From Hydrogenothermaceae bacterium (GTDB lineage: Bacteria > Aquificota > Aquificia > Aquificales > Hydrogenothermaceae), in assembly GCA_027049315.1 (NCBI GenBank), contig JALTUV010000036.1, forward strand, positions 189,463 through 253,462: 64,000 nucleotides of DNA, written 5' to 3'. The position numbers were made by a program, and so were the translations under genes. Within the stretch, counting starts at the first letter, position 1, and the number at the start of each line of letters is the position of its first letter. Under the pieces are notes generated by a model. The model searched no databases. It saw only the letters and a list, made by a program, of their open reading frames with translations, and had not been told where the DNA came from. Shown piece after piece: positions 22,076-31,579 of the stretch.

Positions 22076-22668
22076 CTAATCTGCCCCCATAGTTTTTCTC
22101 TAACCTCATCATCTATCCATATTCTATCCGGCTCGTTATACCTTCTTCTATCAAATGAAACACCCCTTTCACACATATCATCCATATGAATAACACACTC
22201 AGACCTTTTATCTGTTGCACTTTCAAACTCGTCTGTCATTATAATACAGTCAACCGGACAGGCATCTACACAGAGTCCACAGTATAAACAGTTTAAAAGG
22301 TTCATGTCAAATCTTGTAACTCTCTTTTTTCCATTTGGAAGCTGAACAGCCTCTATTTTAAAAAGAGTTGGGATTGGACATGCCTGTTGACACATATAAC
22401 AGGCAACACATCTACTTTCACCTTCGTTTATCTCCATGAATTTTTCCAGAACCGTGAAAGATGGTGGTTCTTTACCATCCTTTACTCTGTGGGCATGTGT
22501 TCCTCTGAATCTTTTGGGAGGTGTAAGCTTCTCATATGGATATCTCGTGGTTATAGTTTTTCTTAGAAGATTTTTAAATGTAGTTTTTAGTCCATTCAAA
22601 AAATCTAAAAAGAAAATCTTTTCTGCTGTATTAAGTTTAGGTCTTTCTAAGTATTTGACTTTGACCAT
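22057..22668 (-). CDS. nuoI: NADH-quinone oxidoreductase subunit I (2x[4Fe-4S] ferredoxin)
   Basis: CVACYMCQQACP and CLYCGLCVDACP cluster motifs. Confidence 0.9.
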   Translation of the reverse strand: MVKVKYLERPKLNTAEKIFFLDFLNGLKTTFKNLLRKTITTRYPYEKLTPPKRFRGTHAHRVKDGKEPPSFTVLEKFMEINEGESRCVACYMCQQACPIPTLFKIEAVQLPNGKKRVTRFDMNLLNCLYCGLCVDACPVDCIIMTDEFESATDKRSECVIHMDDMCERGVSFDRRRYNEPDRIWIDDEVREKLWGQIRWTYTR

Positions 22669-22669
22669 C

Positions 22670-23680
22670 TTACCCCTTCAGAATGACAATTCCTGCCGTT
22701 ATAAAAATGTTAAGGAACGTTAAAGGTAACATAACTTTCCAGGCTATCTCTGTAATCTGGTCAACCCTGTACCTTGGAAGAGTCCAGTGAACCCAGAGCA
22801 AGAACATAAACACGAGGAAAAGCTTTGTTAAGAACCATATATATGGAGATAGAGCTCCAAAGATATGTGGACCATTCCATCCACCAAAGAAAAGTATAAC
22901 TGCAAGAGCACTCAGAACAAATGTTGCTATATACCACTCAGCCAGCGGGAAGAGACCAAACTTCATACCTGAGTACTCTGTGTTGTAACCTGCAACCAGC
23001 TCAGCTTCTGCTTCCTGAACATCAAAAGGTGTTCTCCCTGTTTCTGCAAGAACAGAGAAAAGATAAACAACAAATGCAAGTGGCTGATACCATATAAAAG
23101 CACCGAAGAAACCCTGCTGTGCTTCTACAATTTCCCTTAATGAGAAACTGCCAGCAAGCATTATAGGACCAACAAGTGCAAAACCAAGGGCGACTTCATA
23201 TCCTATTAAAACAGCAGCCTTTCTAAGACCACCTATCATTGGATACTTACTGTTTGAAGCCCAACCTGCAAATATAACACCGTATATACTTATACTTCCA
23301 AAGGCGAGGGCAAGAATAAGAGCAACATTGACGTCAGATATATAAGGTTTTATCTCAAGTCCAAACAGTTTTATTGGTTCTCCAAATGGAATAACGGCAA
23401 GTATCATAATAGCAGGAACAAAAGCCATTAAAGATGCAAGATAAAAAAGCTTTTTATCAACAAAGTTTGGAACTATATCTTCCTTTGTTAAAACCTTCAG
23501 TGCATCAGCTATTGGTTGTAAGAGTCCATGGAATCCAACATGGAGGGGACCAGGTCTCTGTTGAACGTGGCCTGCAAATTTTCTCTCAACAAGGGTTAAA
23601 TATGCGGCAAGCAGGAACATCCCTATTATAAAAATCAGAGATTTTATCACTATACCAATGGTTACAGCCAAAAGTTCCAT
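22670..23680 (-). CDS. nuoH: NADH-quinone oxidoreductase subunit H
   Basis: 336 aa, 8 TM, ND1 family. Confidence 0.9.
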   Translation of the reverse strand: MELLAVTIGIVIKSLIFIIGMFLLAAYLTLVERKFAGHVQQRPGPLHVGFHGLLQPIADALKVLTKEDIVPNFVDKKLFYLASLMAFVPAIMILAVIPFGEPIKLFGLEIKPYISDVNVALILALAFGSISIYGVIFAGWASNSKYPMIGGLRKAAVLIGYEVALGFALVGPIMLAGSFSLREIVEAQQGFFGAFIWYQPLAFVVYLFSVLAETGRTPFDVQEAEAELVAGYNTEYSGMKFGLFPLAEWYIATFVLSALAVILFFGGWNGPHIFGALSPYIWFLTKLFLVFMFLLWVHWTLPRYRVDQITEIAWKVMLPLTFLNIFITAGIVILKG

Positions 23681-23733
23681 AATTCCCTCATTATAGCTGG
23701 TTTAGTAAATCTTTATATTACCATACAATGATT

Positions 23734-23753
23734 AAAAATCAAACATTGTTTTA
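23734..23753. promoter_or_regulatory. Conserved palindromic motif AAAAATCAAACAtTGTTTTA (copy 1 of 3) at the nuoCD/nuoH junction
   Basis: Core AAACA-N-TGTTT with an AAAATC 5' flank and a TA 3' flank. Near-identical copies at 26459-26477 and 62133-62153. Confidence 0.4.
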
Positions 23754-25505
23754 TCTATCAGTTTCTCCAACGACAGGGTCTAAACTGCCAAGGAGAACAA
23801 CAGCATCTGCAACAGTTCTTCCCTTTATAAGTTCAGGAAATATCTGGAGGTTGTAAAAAGCACCTGAGCGAATCCTGAGTCTGTATGGTCTCCCCTCTCC
23901 TTTGCTCACTATATAAAAGCCTAATTCACCCCTTGGATTTTCTCCCGATGAGTAGATCTCTCCTTCAGGAGCCTGCTCACCGTAAATTCTGAGATTAAAG
24001 TCTTTTACCATAGCCTCTATCGAGTTGAAAGTCTCTTCGAGGGTAGGAAGTACATATGGGTTTTCTGTTGCAAGGTATTTATCTTCCTTCAGCTCTTCTA
24101 ATTTTTCCACACATTGTTTAACAATGCCGAGGCTCTGCCTCATCTCTTCCATTCTAACTAAATACCTGTCGTAGCAATCACCTACCGTACCTAAAGGAAC
24201 TTCAAAATCAACCTTATCGTAAGCATCTGTAGGGTCTAACATCCTTATATCATAAGGAACACCTGAACCTCTGGCGACAACACCGGTTATTCCATACTGA
24301 TAAACATCTTCTTCCTTTATAATCCCAAGACCTACATTCCTTCTAAGCCAGACTCTATTTTTAGTGAGTATATCTTCATACTCCTTTATTCTTGAGGGAA
24401 AATCTTTTATAAAATGTCTTATGACATCAAGTGCCCCTTCCGGTAGATCCATTCTGACACCGCCTATTCTCATATAAGTAGAGTTAAGCCTTATACCTGC
24501 TATTCCCTCTATAATGTCCATAATCTTTTCCCTTTCTCTAAATGTGTATAGAAAGATTGTTAAAGCTCCAAGGTCGAGGGCGAATGTTCCGAGCCATAGA
24601 AGATGTGAGTTTATCCTCTGAAGTTCACACAGCATTGTTCTAATCCATTTTGCCTTCTCAGGAACTTCAACTCCCAAGAGTTTTTCAACTGCGTTTACAT
24701 AGGCAACATTACTACATATAGCAGATATGTAATCCATCCTATCTGTATATGGAATAACCTGTGTGTATGTTATATCCTCTGAGAGTTTCTCAATTCCTCT
24801 GTGAAGCTGCCCTAAGATTATATCGCAGTTTTTAATAACCTCTCCTTCAAGGTCAAACAAAAACCATATAGTCCCGTGGGTTCCGGGATGAAGAGGTCCC
24901 CAGTTTAGAACTATTTGAGCCTTTTTTTCAGGCATTCTTGCCTTCTGTGTTTCTTCTAAATCCTGAAGTGTCGGTATAGCTGTATGATAAGGGTCGTAAT
25001 CATGACTTGGAATTGAACCTTCAGGCTCATTTAAAGACGGAAGATACGTGTCCTTTATTCCCTCTTTTGGAAAGTCTTTCCTCAATGGAAAGTACGGATA
25101 AGACTCCCACATAAACATCCTTACAAGATTCTTATGTCCTTCAAACTTGATACCGAACATATCGTATGCTTCTCTTTCAGCCCATTTAGCCCCTTTCCAC
25201 AGGTCAGTTACCGTTGGCAGTGTATCATCCTCAGCCCAGACTTTTATTCCAATTCGCTCCTTGTAAACAGGAGAGTATAGAATATAAACTCCTTGAAATC
25301 TTGGTCTATGAAGAGGATAATCAACACAGGTCATATCTATAAACATTTCAAACGAGAAATCCTCTGAATCTCTGAGAAACTTGAGGAAATCTTTTAGTAT
25401 AGATTTGCTTACTTCGATGAATACATTATCTTTGTAAAACTGTATATTTATAGAGGGAAAAATCTCTTTTAATTTTTCTGCTTTTTCTTTTTTAATCCAA
25501 GGCAA
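23751..25505 (-). CDS. nuoCD: NADH-quinone oxidoreductase fused subunit C/D
   Basis: 584 aa; an N-terminal roughly 150 aa NuoC-like region and a C-terminal NuoD (49-kDa subunit, LHRGIEKL...). Confidence 0.9.
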   Translation of the reverse strand: MPWIKKEKAEKLKEIFPSINIQFYKDNVFIEVSKSILKDFLKFLRDSEDFSFEMFIDMTCVDYPLHRPRFQGVYILYSPVYKERIGIKVWAEDDTLPTVTDLWKGAKWAEREAYDMFGIKFEGHKNLVRMFMWESYPYFPLRKDFPKEGIKDTYLPSLNEPEGSIPSHDYDPYHTAIPTLQDLEETQKARMPEKKAQIVLNWGPLHPGTHGTIWFLFDLEGEVIKNCDIILGQLHRGIEKLSEDITYTQVIPYTDRMDYISAICSNVAYVNAVEKLLGVEVPEKAKWIRTMLCELQRINSHLLWLGTFALDLGALTIFLYTFREREKIMDIIEGIAGIRLNSTYMRIGGVRMDLPEGALDVIRHFIKDFPSRIKEYEDILTKNRVWLRRNVGLGIIKEEDVYQYGITGVVARGSGVPYDIRMLDPTDAYDKVDFEVPLGTVGDCYDRYLVRMEEMRQSLGIVKQCVEKLEELKEDKYLATENPYVLPTLEETFNSIEAMVKDFNLRIYGEQAPEGEIYSSGENPRGELGFYIVSKGEGRPYRLRIRSGAFYNLQIFPELIKGRTVADAVVLLGSLDPVVGETDR

Positions 25506-25509
25506 AATA

Positions 25510-25541
25510 TTACCCCTTTGCAGAAATTAAGAAAGGGGTAA
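25510..25541 (-). other. Intercistronic stem-loop between nuoB and nuoCD (10-bp perfect stem, 12-nt loop)
   Basis: TTACCCCTTT-gcagaaattaag-AAAGGGGTAA; overlapping GGGG-taaaaa-CCCC at 25535-25548. Confidence 0.4.
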
Positions 25542-25563
25542 AAACCCCAGAAGGATTCAAATT

Positions 25564-26106
25564 TTAACCTTTTATAGGAAATGAAGCCGTAGGAGTTCTC
25601 ACCGGTATTTCTTTAAGTTCTCTCCCTTCCTGTTTAGCTTTTATCTTCTTCTGCAGTTGAAGTATTCCCCACAGCAGTGCCTGTGGTGTAGGAGGGCAAC
25701 CTGGGACGTAAACGTCTACCGGAATTATTCTATCCACACCTTGAAGTGTAGAGTATGTAGGAAATGGTCCTCCACCTGAAGAACAACCACCCATTGATAT
25801 AACCCACTTAGGGTCAGGCATCTGGTCATATATGAGTTTTAGCATTGGAGCAACTTTATTTACAACTGTTCCGGCAACGATAAGCACATCAGACTGTCTT
25901 GGAGAACCTCTGAATATTATTCCCATTCTATCTGTATCAAATCTTGAAGCTGCAGTATGCATCATCTCTATAGCACAACATGCAAGCCCTATAGAAACAG
26001 GCCAGAGAGAGTTTCTCCTTCCCCAGCTTAAAACCTCTTCAACTGTTGTAAGTATTATTCCATTATTTCCACCTATTATTGCCATCTTAACGCTCCTTTT
26101 TTCCAA
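25564..26106 (-). CDS. nuoB: NADH-quinone oxidoreductase subunit B
   Basis: [10 protein letters not shown]...[10 protein letters not shown]...PGCPP Fe-S motifs. The true start is probably the internal MAIIGG. Confidence 0.9.
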   Translation of the reverse strand: MEKRSVKMAIIGGNNGIILTTVEEVLSWGRRNSLWPVSIGLACCAIEMMHTAASRFDTDRMGIIFRGSPRQSDVLIVAGTVVNKVAPMLKLIYDQMPDPKWVISMGGCSSGGGPFPTYSTLQGVDRIIPVDVYVPGCPPTPQALLWGILQLQKKIKAKQEGRELKEIPVRTPTASFPIKG

Positions 26107-26447
26107 GCATATACGTATCCTAATATTAATATAAGCAGGAATAAGAACATTTCCGTAACAATAAATACTGCATTTATCTTTGCTATGTATTTAAATACAT
26201 ACGCCCATGGAAAAACAAAAGCAGCTTCAAGGTCAAATAGAACCAGCAAAAGACCAAGTAGATAATATTTCTGGTCTATCGATGTCCATGTTGTCTTGTC
26301 ATATAGAGGAACACCACACTCGTAAGGATAACCTTCAAGTGGGTCTGGTATTTTAGGGGCTATGAGTCTGTTTAGAATTAAAAGCCCTATACCAAGAGCA
26401 GTGCTTATAATGAAGAATATAAGTATTGCAAAATACCCTTCACTCAT
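26076..26447 (-). CDS. nuoA: NADH-quinone oxidoreductase subunit A
   Basis: 123 aa, 3 TM; YECG...FDLE...FPWA conserved NuoA residues. Confidence 0.85.
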   Translation of the reverse strand: MSEGYFAILIFFIISTALGIGLLILNRLIAPKIPDPLEGYPYECGVPLYDKTTWTSIDQKYYLLGLLLVLFDLEAAFVFPWAYVFKYIAKINAVFIVTEMFLFLLILILGYVYAWKKGALRWQ

Positions 26448-26458
26448 TTCCGCACCTC

Positions 26459-26477
26459 AAAATCAAACAATGTTTTA
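26459..26477. promoter_or_regulatory. Conserved palindromic motif AAAATCAAACAaTGTTTTA (copy 2 of 3), 12 bp upstream of the nuoA start
   Basis: Same 19-bp motif as at 23734 and 62133. Confidence 0.4.
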
Positions 26478-26837
26478 CTAAGATAACCTAATCTTTGAGT
26501 AATTTCAAGTGTAGAGGGATAGTACCTAAATACATCCAAAATAGAACATGAGTTAAGAAGAAGAGAGAAGGACCAGGATAAAATAAAATATATAGTTTAA
26601 ATTAGTGCCAAAAATTTGAAAGATTCAGGAAAAGAAAATATATAGATAGATTGAAAAGGCTGAGAAGGAAGACAAACGACTATAGTAATATAAACACATT
26701 CAAATATGCATTGACTATGGTTTTACACCTAATTGATTTTTTTATTGATTTTTTAACCTAATACACAAATATTGACGATAATAATATATGTCATATAATT
26801 ATGTATATTTTTATGGATGAAAAGGAGGTCCATAGAA

Positions 26838-26921
26838 ATGGGATTGGCAGTTAGCGAGGCACTATTTGTGGGCTTCCTTATAACTGTGGGAAGTTTTATT
26901 CTTTCTATGATTGTTGATTAA
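26838..26921 (+). CDS. Candidate 27-aa hydrophobic small protein ([27 protein letters not shown])
   Basis: ATG preceded by AGGAGG at -9, inside a 470-bp AT-rich intergenic region. Its stop overlaps the convergent carB stop (TTAA). A single predicted TM helix. Confidence 0.25.
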   Translation: MGLAVSEALFVGFLITVGSFILSMIVD

Positions 26922-28600
26922 TTTTCACTGTCTCTAAAATAAGTTATAGAGCCGTCTTCAGATAACCTTCCAGATAGACTTTCGTAGCTTGAGTAATAGT
27001 ACGGAGTATAAGCCTCAAACTCTGCGGCACAGGTATCAACAACTTTAAAACTTGATTTAATTCTCCGTTCTCTAATCTTATCCTCGGTTGTCTTTAACAA
27101 TCTTGCGAGTTCTTTATCGGAAAATCCCATCTGTTTGGCTATTTCAAGTTCTTCATCTGAGATAGTTCCTAATGTTTTATCGGATAGTTTTTGTTCAAAA
27201 TCTACAATCTCTTTTATTTCATTTAGAAACCATCTGTCTATATGTGATAAACTGTGAATCTCATCTACTGACCATCCTCTCCTAAATCCTTCTGCTATGT
27301 ACCACAGCCTATCGGCATTAGGTTTTATTATCTTTTCTCTTATCGTTTCTTCATCGTATTTTTCCAGACCTATGTACAGTCCATATCTACCGAGCTCAAG
27401 ACTACGAACAGCCTTCTGGATGCTCTCTTTAAATGTCCTTCCTATAGCCATTACCTCACCAACAGATTTCATCATTGTTGTGAGTGTTGAGTCGGTTTCC
27501 GGAAATTTAGCAAAGTCAAACCTTGGAATTTTTGTAACAATATAGTCTATTGTAGGTTCAAAAGATGCGGGAGTTTCTTTCGTTATATCATTACTCAGTT
27601 CATCGAGAGTGTATCCAACAGCAAGCTTCGCTGCAATTTTTGCTATTGGAAATCCTGTAGCTTTCGATGCTAAAGCTGAAGAACGTGAGACTCTTGGATT
27701 CATCTCTATAACGTAGAATGTTCCGTCTTCTGGATTTTGGGCAAACTGAACATTAGAGCCACCTGTTTCAATCCCGATTTCTCTTAAAACAGCTATTGAG
27801 TAATTCCTGAGTATCTGATACTCTCTGTCTGTTAACGTCATAGCAGGTGCTACTGTTATACTATCTCCCGTATGAATTCCCATAGGGTCTAAATTTTCTA
27901 TTGAACACACAATTACACAGTTGTCATTTTTATCTCTCATAACTTCCATCTCGAACTCTTTCCATCCTATAACGGACTCTTCAAGTAAAACTTCATGTAT
28001 TGGAGATGCTTCAAGTCCAGCTTTTACCTTTGTATGAAACTCGTCTTGATTATAAGCTATACTTCCCCCTGTACCACCTAATGTAAATGATGGTCTTATT
28101 ATCACAGGAAAACCTATCCAATCTATAACCTCAAAAGCCTCAGCCATTGAACGAACTACAGCACTTTTGGGCATTAGAAGTCCGATTCTTTCCATTGCTT
28201 CTTTAAAAAGCTCCCTATCCTCAGCTTTTTTTATTGCCTCATAGGATGCACCAATCATCTTTACGTTGTACTTATCAAGTATTCCTTTTTCATAAAGGTC
28301 AACAGCAAGATTAAGAGCAGTTTGTCCTCCTAATGTTGGAAGTAATGCGTCCGGTCGTTCTTTTTCTATTATTTTTTCAATAACAGGTGTTATAAGTGGT
28401 TCTATATATGTTTTATCTGCAATTTCTGGGTCTGTCATAATTGTAGCCGGATTTGAATTTACAAGAACAACCTCATAGCCCTCTTCTTTTAAAGCTTTTG
28501 CTCCCTGAGTTCCAGAATAGTCAAACTCAGCTGCTTGCCCAATAACAATGGGTCCAGAACCTATAAGCAAGATTCTCTGGATATCCGTTCTTTTTGGCAT
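26918..28600 (-). CDS. carB: Carbamoyl-phosphate synthase large subunit, N-terminal half (stand-alone CarB1)
   Basis: [32 protein letters not shown] plus the first ATP-grasp and oligomerisation domains. 560 aa instead of about 1070; the C-terminal half is not in the window. Confidence 0.9.
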   Translation of the reverse strand: MPKRTDIQRILLIGSGPIVIGQAAEFDYSGTQGAKALKEEGYEVVLVNSNPATIMTDPEIADKTYIEPLITPVIEKIIEKERPDALLPTLGGQTALNLAVDLYEKGILDKYNVKMIGASYEAIKKAEDRELFKEAMERIGLLMPKSAVVRSMAEAFEVIDWIGFPVIIRPSFTLGGTGGSIAYNQDEFHTKVKAGLEASPIHEVLLEESVIGWKEFEMEVMRDKNDNCVIVCSIENLDPMGIHTGDSITVAPAMTLTDREYQILRNYSIAVLREIGIETGGSNVQFAQNPEDGTFYVIEMNPRVSRSSALASKATGFPIAKIAAKLAVGYTLDELSNDITKETPASFEPTIDYIVTKIPRFDFAKFPETDSTLTTMMKSVGEVMAIGRTFKESIQKAVRSLELGRYGLYIGLEKYDEETIREKIIKPNADRLWYIAEGFRRGWSVDEIHSLSHIDRWFLNEIKEIVDFEQKLSDKTLGTISDEELEIAKQMGFSDKELARLLKTTEDKIRERRIKSSFKVVDTCAAEFEAYTPYYYSSYESLSGRLSEDGSITYFRDSEN

Positions 28601-28635
28601 TAATTACCTCTCTGATAGGTTTTTAATATTTTAAT

Positions 28636-29070
28636 TTAGGTTTTTTCCTCTATCCACTTATATATAGAACTTTTCCCGTCTTTTAATATACGTGGTTCTT
28701 CTTTTGAAACCTCTAAGAATTTTTTAATAATCTCTTTTTTCCTCTCAGCTTCGTATTTTCTTGTGAATCTATCACTGTACAGCTCAAGTAGTATTTCAGC
28801 TTCTTTTCTTTTTGATATTAACAATTCCTTTAAGTCTTCAAGAAGTATTTTAGCTTTTTTATGGGTTACAGTCAGATGATAAACCCTCTTTCTTCTCTTT
28901 ATAGAGCCGCCGTAGATTTCCTTTATAATTTTTAACGGTTCTTCGCTACTTGCTTTGACCACAACTTTTATATAAACGGAATTAGGAGATGTTGGAACCT
29001 TAACAACTGTTATCTTTCCGGAAGAATCAATCATTCCGGCAATATAGGCTCTAATATAGTCCCTATTCAT
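28636..29070 (-). CDS. LAGLIDADG-like homing-endonuclease-fold protein with a degenerate motif
   Basis: 144 aa; the N-terminal YIAGMIDSSGKI sits in the LAGLIDADG position, followed by the family pattern ...IKEIYGGSI...VYHLTV...LLEDLKELL. The second motif acid is replaced by Ser. Confidence 0.5.
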   Translation of the reverse strand: MNRDYIRAYIAGMIDSSGKITVVKVPTSPNSVYIKVVVKASSEEPLKIIKEIYGGSIKRRKRVYHLTVTHKKAKILLEDLKELLISKRKEAEILLELYSDRFTRKYEAERKKEIIKKFLEVSKEEPRILKDGKSSIYKWIEEKT

Positions 29071-30130
29071 TTTTCTCTGTCATGTTTTTAATCTCTTTTA
29101 GGAGTTCATCAACCATCTCTTCTTCCGAAACCCTTTTCAGAGGTTTACCATCCTTAAACAGAATGGCAGATTTATTCCCGCAGGCAAGACCAATGTCTGC
29201 TTCTTTTGCCTCTCCAATTGCATTAACAACGCATCCCATAATTGCCACCTTCACAGGACTTTTAACATCACTCAGTTTTTCTTCAACTCTTTTAACAACC
29301 TCAGGAAGATTAACTTCAATTCTCCCGCATGTTGGACAAGAAACAATCTCGATACCTCTTCTCCTTAAGCCTAAGGACTGCAAAATCTGATATGCAACTT
29401 CAACCTCTTCTACAGGGTCTGCCGTAAGGGAGACTCTTACTGTATCCCCAATTCCCATGTAGAGAAGAATACCTATTCCAACAGCTGACTTTACAGAACC
29501 TCTTTTTAAGGGTCCAGCCTCTGTTATACCTATGTGGAGTGGAATATCTGTTTTTTCCGCAAAAATTTTATTTGCCTCAACATTTTGAATAACATCTGAC
29601 CCCTTAATTGAAACCTTAAAGTTCTTAAAACCTACACTCTCAAAAAACTCAGACCAGTAGAGAGCACTCTCAGCAAGTGCCTCTGCAGAGGGATAACCGT
29701 ACTTTTCAAGTAATCTCTCCTCAAGGGAACCTGAGTTTACTCCAAGCCTGACAGCTATGTTTCTCTTTTTACACTCATTTAAAATATCTTTTATCTTCTC
29801 TTTATCGTTTATGTTTCCCGGATTTAATCTTATACCGTGTATCCCACTTTCAAGAACCTTAAAAGCTATCCGTGGACTGAAATGTATATCTGCAATAACC
29901 GGTATAGGAGATTTTTGCACAATCTCTTCTACAGCTTCGGCATCCCTTTCTGTTGGAACAGCAACTCTTACAATTTCACAACCAGCATTGTAAAGTCTGT
30001 TTATCTGCTCTAACGTCTCATCTATGTTGTGTGTTTTTGTATCTGTCATAGATTGAACAACAATCGGTGCGTTATCACCAATCTTTACATTTCCAACATA
30101 AACAGCCCTTGTTTTCCTTCTCTCAACCAT
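29063..30130 (-). CDS. ispG: 4-hydroxy-3-methylbut-2-en-1-yl diphosphate synthase (GcpE)
   Basis: 355 aa; a TIM-barrel region and a C-terminal [4Fe-4S] motif (CPTCGR...GC). Confidence 0.9.
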   Translation of the reverse strand: MVERRKTRAVYVGNVKIGDNAPIVVQSMTDTKTHNIDETLEQINRLYNAGCEIVRVAVPTERDAEAVEEIVQKSPIPVIADIHFSPRIAFKVLESGIHGIRLNPGNINDKEKIKDILNECKKRNIAVRLGVNSGSLEERLLEKYGYPSAEALAESALYWSEFFESVGFKNFKVSIKGSDVIQNVEANKIFAEKTDIPLHIGITEAGPLKRGSVKSAVGIGILLYMGIGDTVRVSLTADPVEEVEVAYQILQSLGLRRRGIEIVSCPTCGRIEVNLPEVVKRVEEKLSDVKSPVKVAIMGCVVNAIGEAKEADIGLACGNKSAILFKDGKPLKRVSEEEMVDELLKEIKNMTEKNE

Positions 30131-30221
30131 TGTTCTACCATTATATTACAAACTATTGAATTCGCATATAAATTAATCTAACTTAACAATTGAGGCAATA
30201 ATAAACCTCAGGTTTCTTATT

Positions 30222-30686
30222 ATGAAAAAGTTTATAATTTTCTTAGTCTTTGTATTTTCAATTTCTAAAGCTCAAGATTCAGTTAGAAAAGTTGTCATAA
30301 ACTTAACAACAGGCGATATAAAAAGATTTGAGCTTTATCTTTTAAGCGGTCTTGCAAACAACATTGAATACTATAAGAACAGACTGATAGATATAGACGT
30401 AGTTGTTGTCATACATGGGGATGCATATAAATTTTTTATAAAAGATTTATCAAAAACTATTTATAAAAATGAGAAAGATTTAATAAGAAAGCAGTTTGAG
30501 ATTTATCATAGGCTAAAATCCCTACACGACATATACAATGTAAAGTTTGAGGTATGCTCTGCTGGATTGAAAAGTAGGAAAATTTCTACAGACAATATAT
30601 ACAAATTTGTAAAACCTGTCTATACGTCATTTGTTTCTCTTGTAGATTATCAAAGTAGAGGATACGCTTTAATAACAATAGAATGA
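30222..30686 (+). CDS. Hypothetical secreted protein
   Basis: 154 aa with a signal peptide (MKKFIIFLVFVFSISKA). No confident family assignment. Confidence 0.5.
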   Translation: MKKFIIFLVFVFSISKAQDSVRKVVINLTTGDIKRFELYLLSGLANNIEYYKNRLIDIDVVVVIHGDAYKFFIKDLSKTIYKNEKDLIRKQFEIYHRLKSLHDIYNVKFEVCSAGLKSRKISTDNIYKFVKPVYTSFVSLVDYQSRGYALITIE

Positions 30687-31577
30687 TTAATCAGGGCATA
30701 TCTCTTTTAGCTCTTCCAGAAAAACTCTAATCATTTTAAGGTAGCTTTTGTAACGTTCACATGAAATTTCACTCTTTTTTACAGCTTCTTTAACACTGCA
30801 ACCGGGTTCTCTGGTATGGGAACAGTCCGGATATTTACATCTGTATCTTAGAAATTCCCTAAAGTAGTTTTTTATCTCATCCTTTTTTACAAAATCAAGG
30901 GCGTTAACTCTTGAAAATCCAGGGGCATCTCCGATAAACGAGCCTTCTCCAAATGGTATTAATCTCACCCCAGTTGTTGTATGCCGACCCCTACCTAACT
31001 TCTCACTTACCTCCCCAATTTTTAGTTTTGCACCTGTCAGCTTTGAAAGGATAGAACTCTTACCAACTCCTGAGGGACCGGCTAAAATACATATCTGACC
31101 TCTGACAAACTCCTTGATTTTCTCTATACCTTCTCCAGATTTTGCACTTACATGGATAACTTCATATCCTGCATTTTTATATACATCTGTCCATCTGTTT
31201 AGTTCGTCCTTCTCTTCTTCACCTAATAAATCAATTTTATTAAACACAATAATTGGCTCAACGTTGACTCTTTCATACACAACAAGAAGATTATCAAGGA
31301 AGAAGTTGTTAAGCTCTGGTTCTTTAATTGTTTCAACGATTATAGCAGTATCAACATTTGCAATAGATGGTCTTATAAGGACGTTTTTTCTTTCTTCTAT
31401 GTCCTCAATAACAAAATTCGAGTCATCAACAACCTCTCCAACCACATAATCTCCTGCATAAATTTTCGTTTTTTTCTTTATCTTTCCTCTTGGTATTCCT
31501 CTGTACGTTCTTTTGCTACGGAAAACATAAACTTCTATGAGCTGAGCTTCTCTATCTACTACAAGTCCCCTTTCCAT
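30687..31577 (-). CDS. rsgA: Ribosome small-subunit-dependent GTPase A (YjeQ/EngC)
   Basis: Circularly permuted GTPase (NKIDL...GPSGVGKSS) and a C-terminal Zn finger (CKYPDCSHTREPGCSV). Confidence 0.9.
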   Translation of the reverse strand: MERGLVVDREAQLIEVYVFRSKRTYRGIPRGKIKKKTKIYAGDYVVGEVVDDSNFVIEDIEERKNVLIRPSIANVDTAIIVETIKEPELNNFFLDNLLVVYERVNVEPIIVFNKIDLLGEEEKDELNRWTDVYKNAGYEVIHVSAKSGEGIEKIKEFVRGQICILAGPSGVGKSSILSKLTGAKLKIGEVSEKLGRGRHTTTGVRLIPFGEGSFIGDAPGFSRVNALDFVKKDEIKNYFREFLRYRCKYPDCSHTREPGCSVKEAVKKSEISCERYKSYLKMIRVFLEELKEICPD

Positions 31578-31579
31578 TT

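Noticed and set aside
6845-22723. Numerous 60-110-aa antisense ORFs inside ileS, nuoM, nuoL, nuoI and others (for example 6845-7036, 18031-18345, 20343-20543, 22436-22723)
   Set aside because: They are embedded in strongly supported genes on the other strand. They are typical shadow ORFs of AT-rich DNA.
26611-26630. TGGCAC on the minus strand (possible second sigma-54 promoter) in the nuoA upstream spacer
   Set aside because: No TTGC -12 element at the required spacing.
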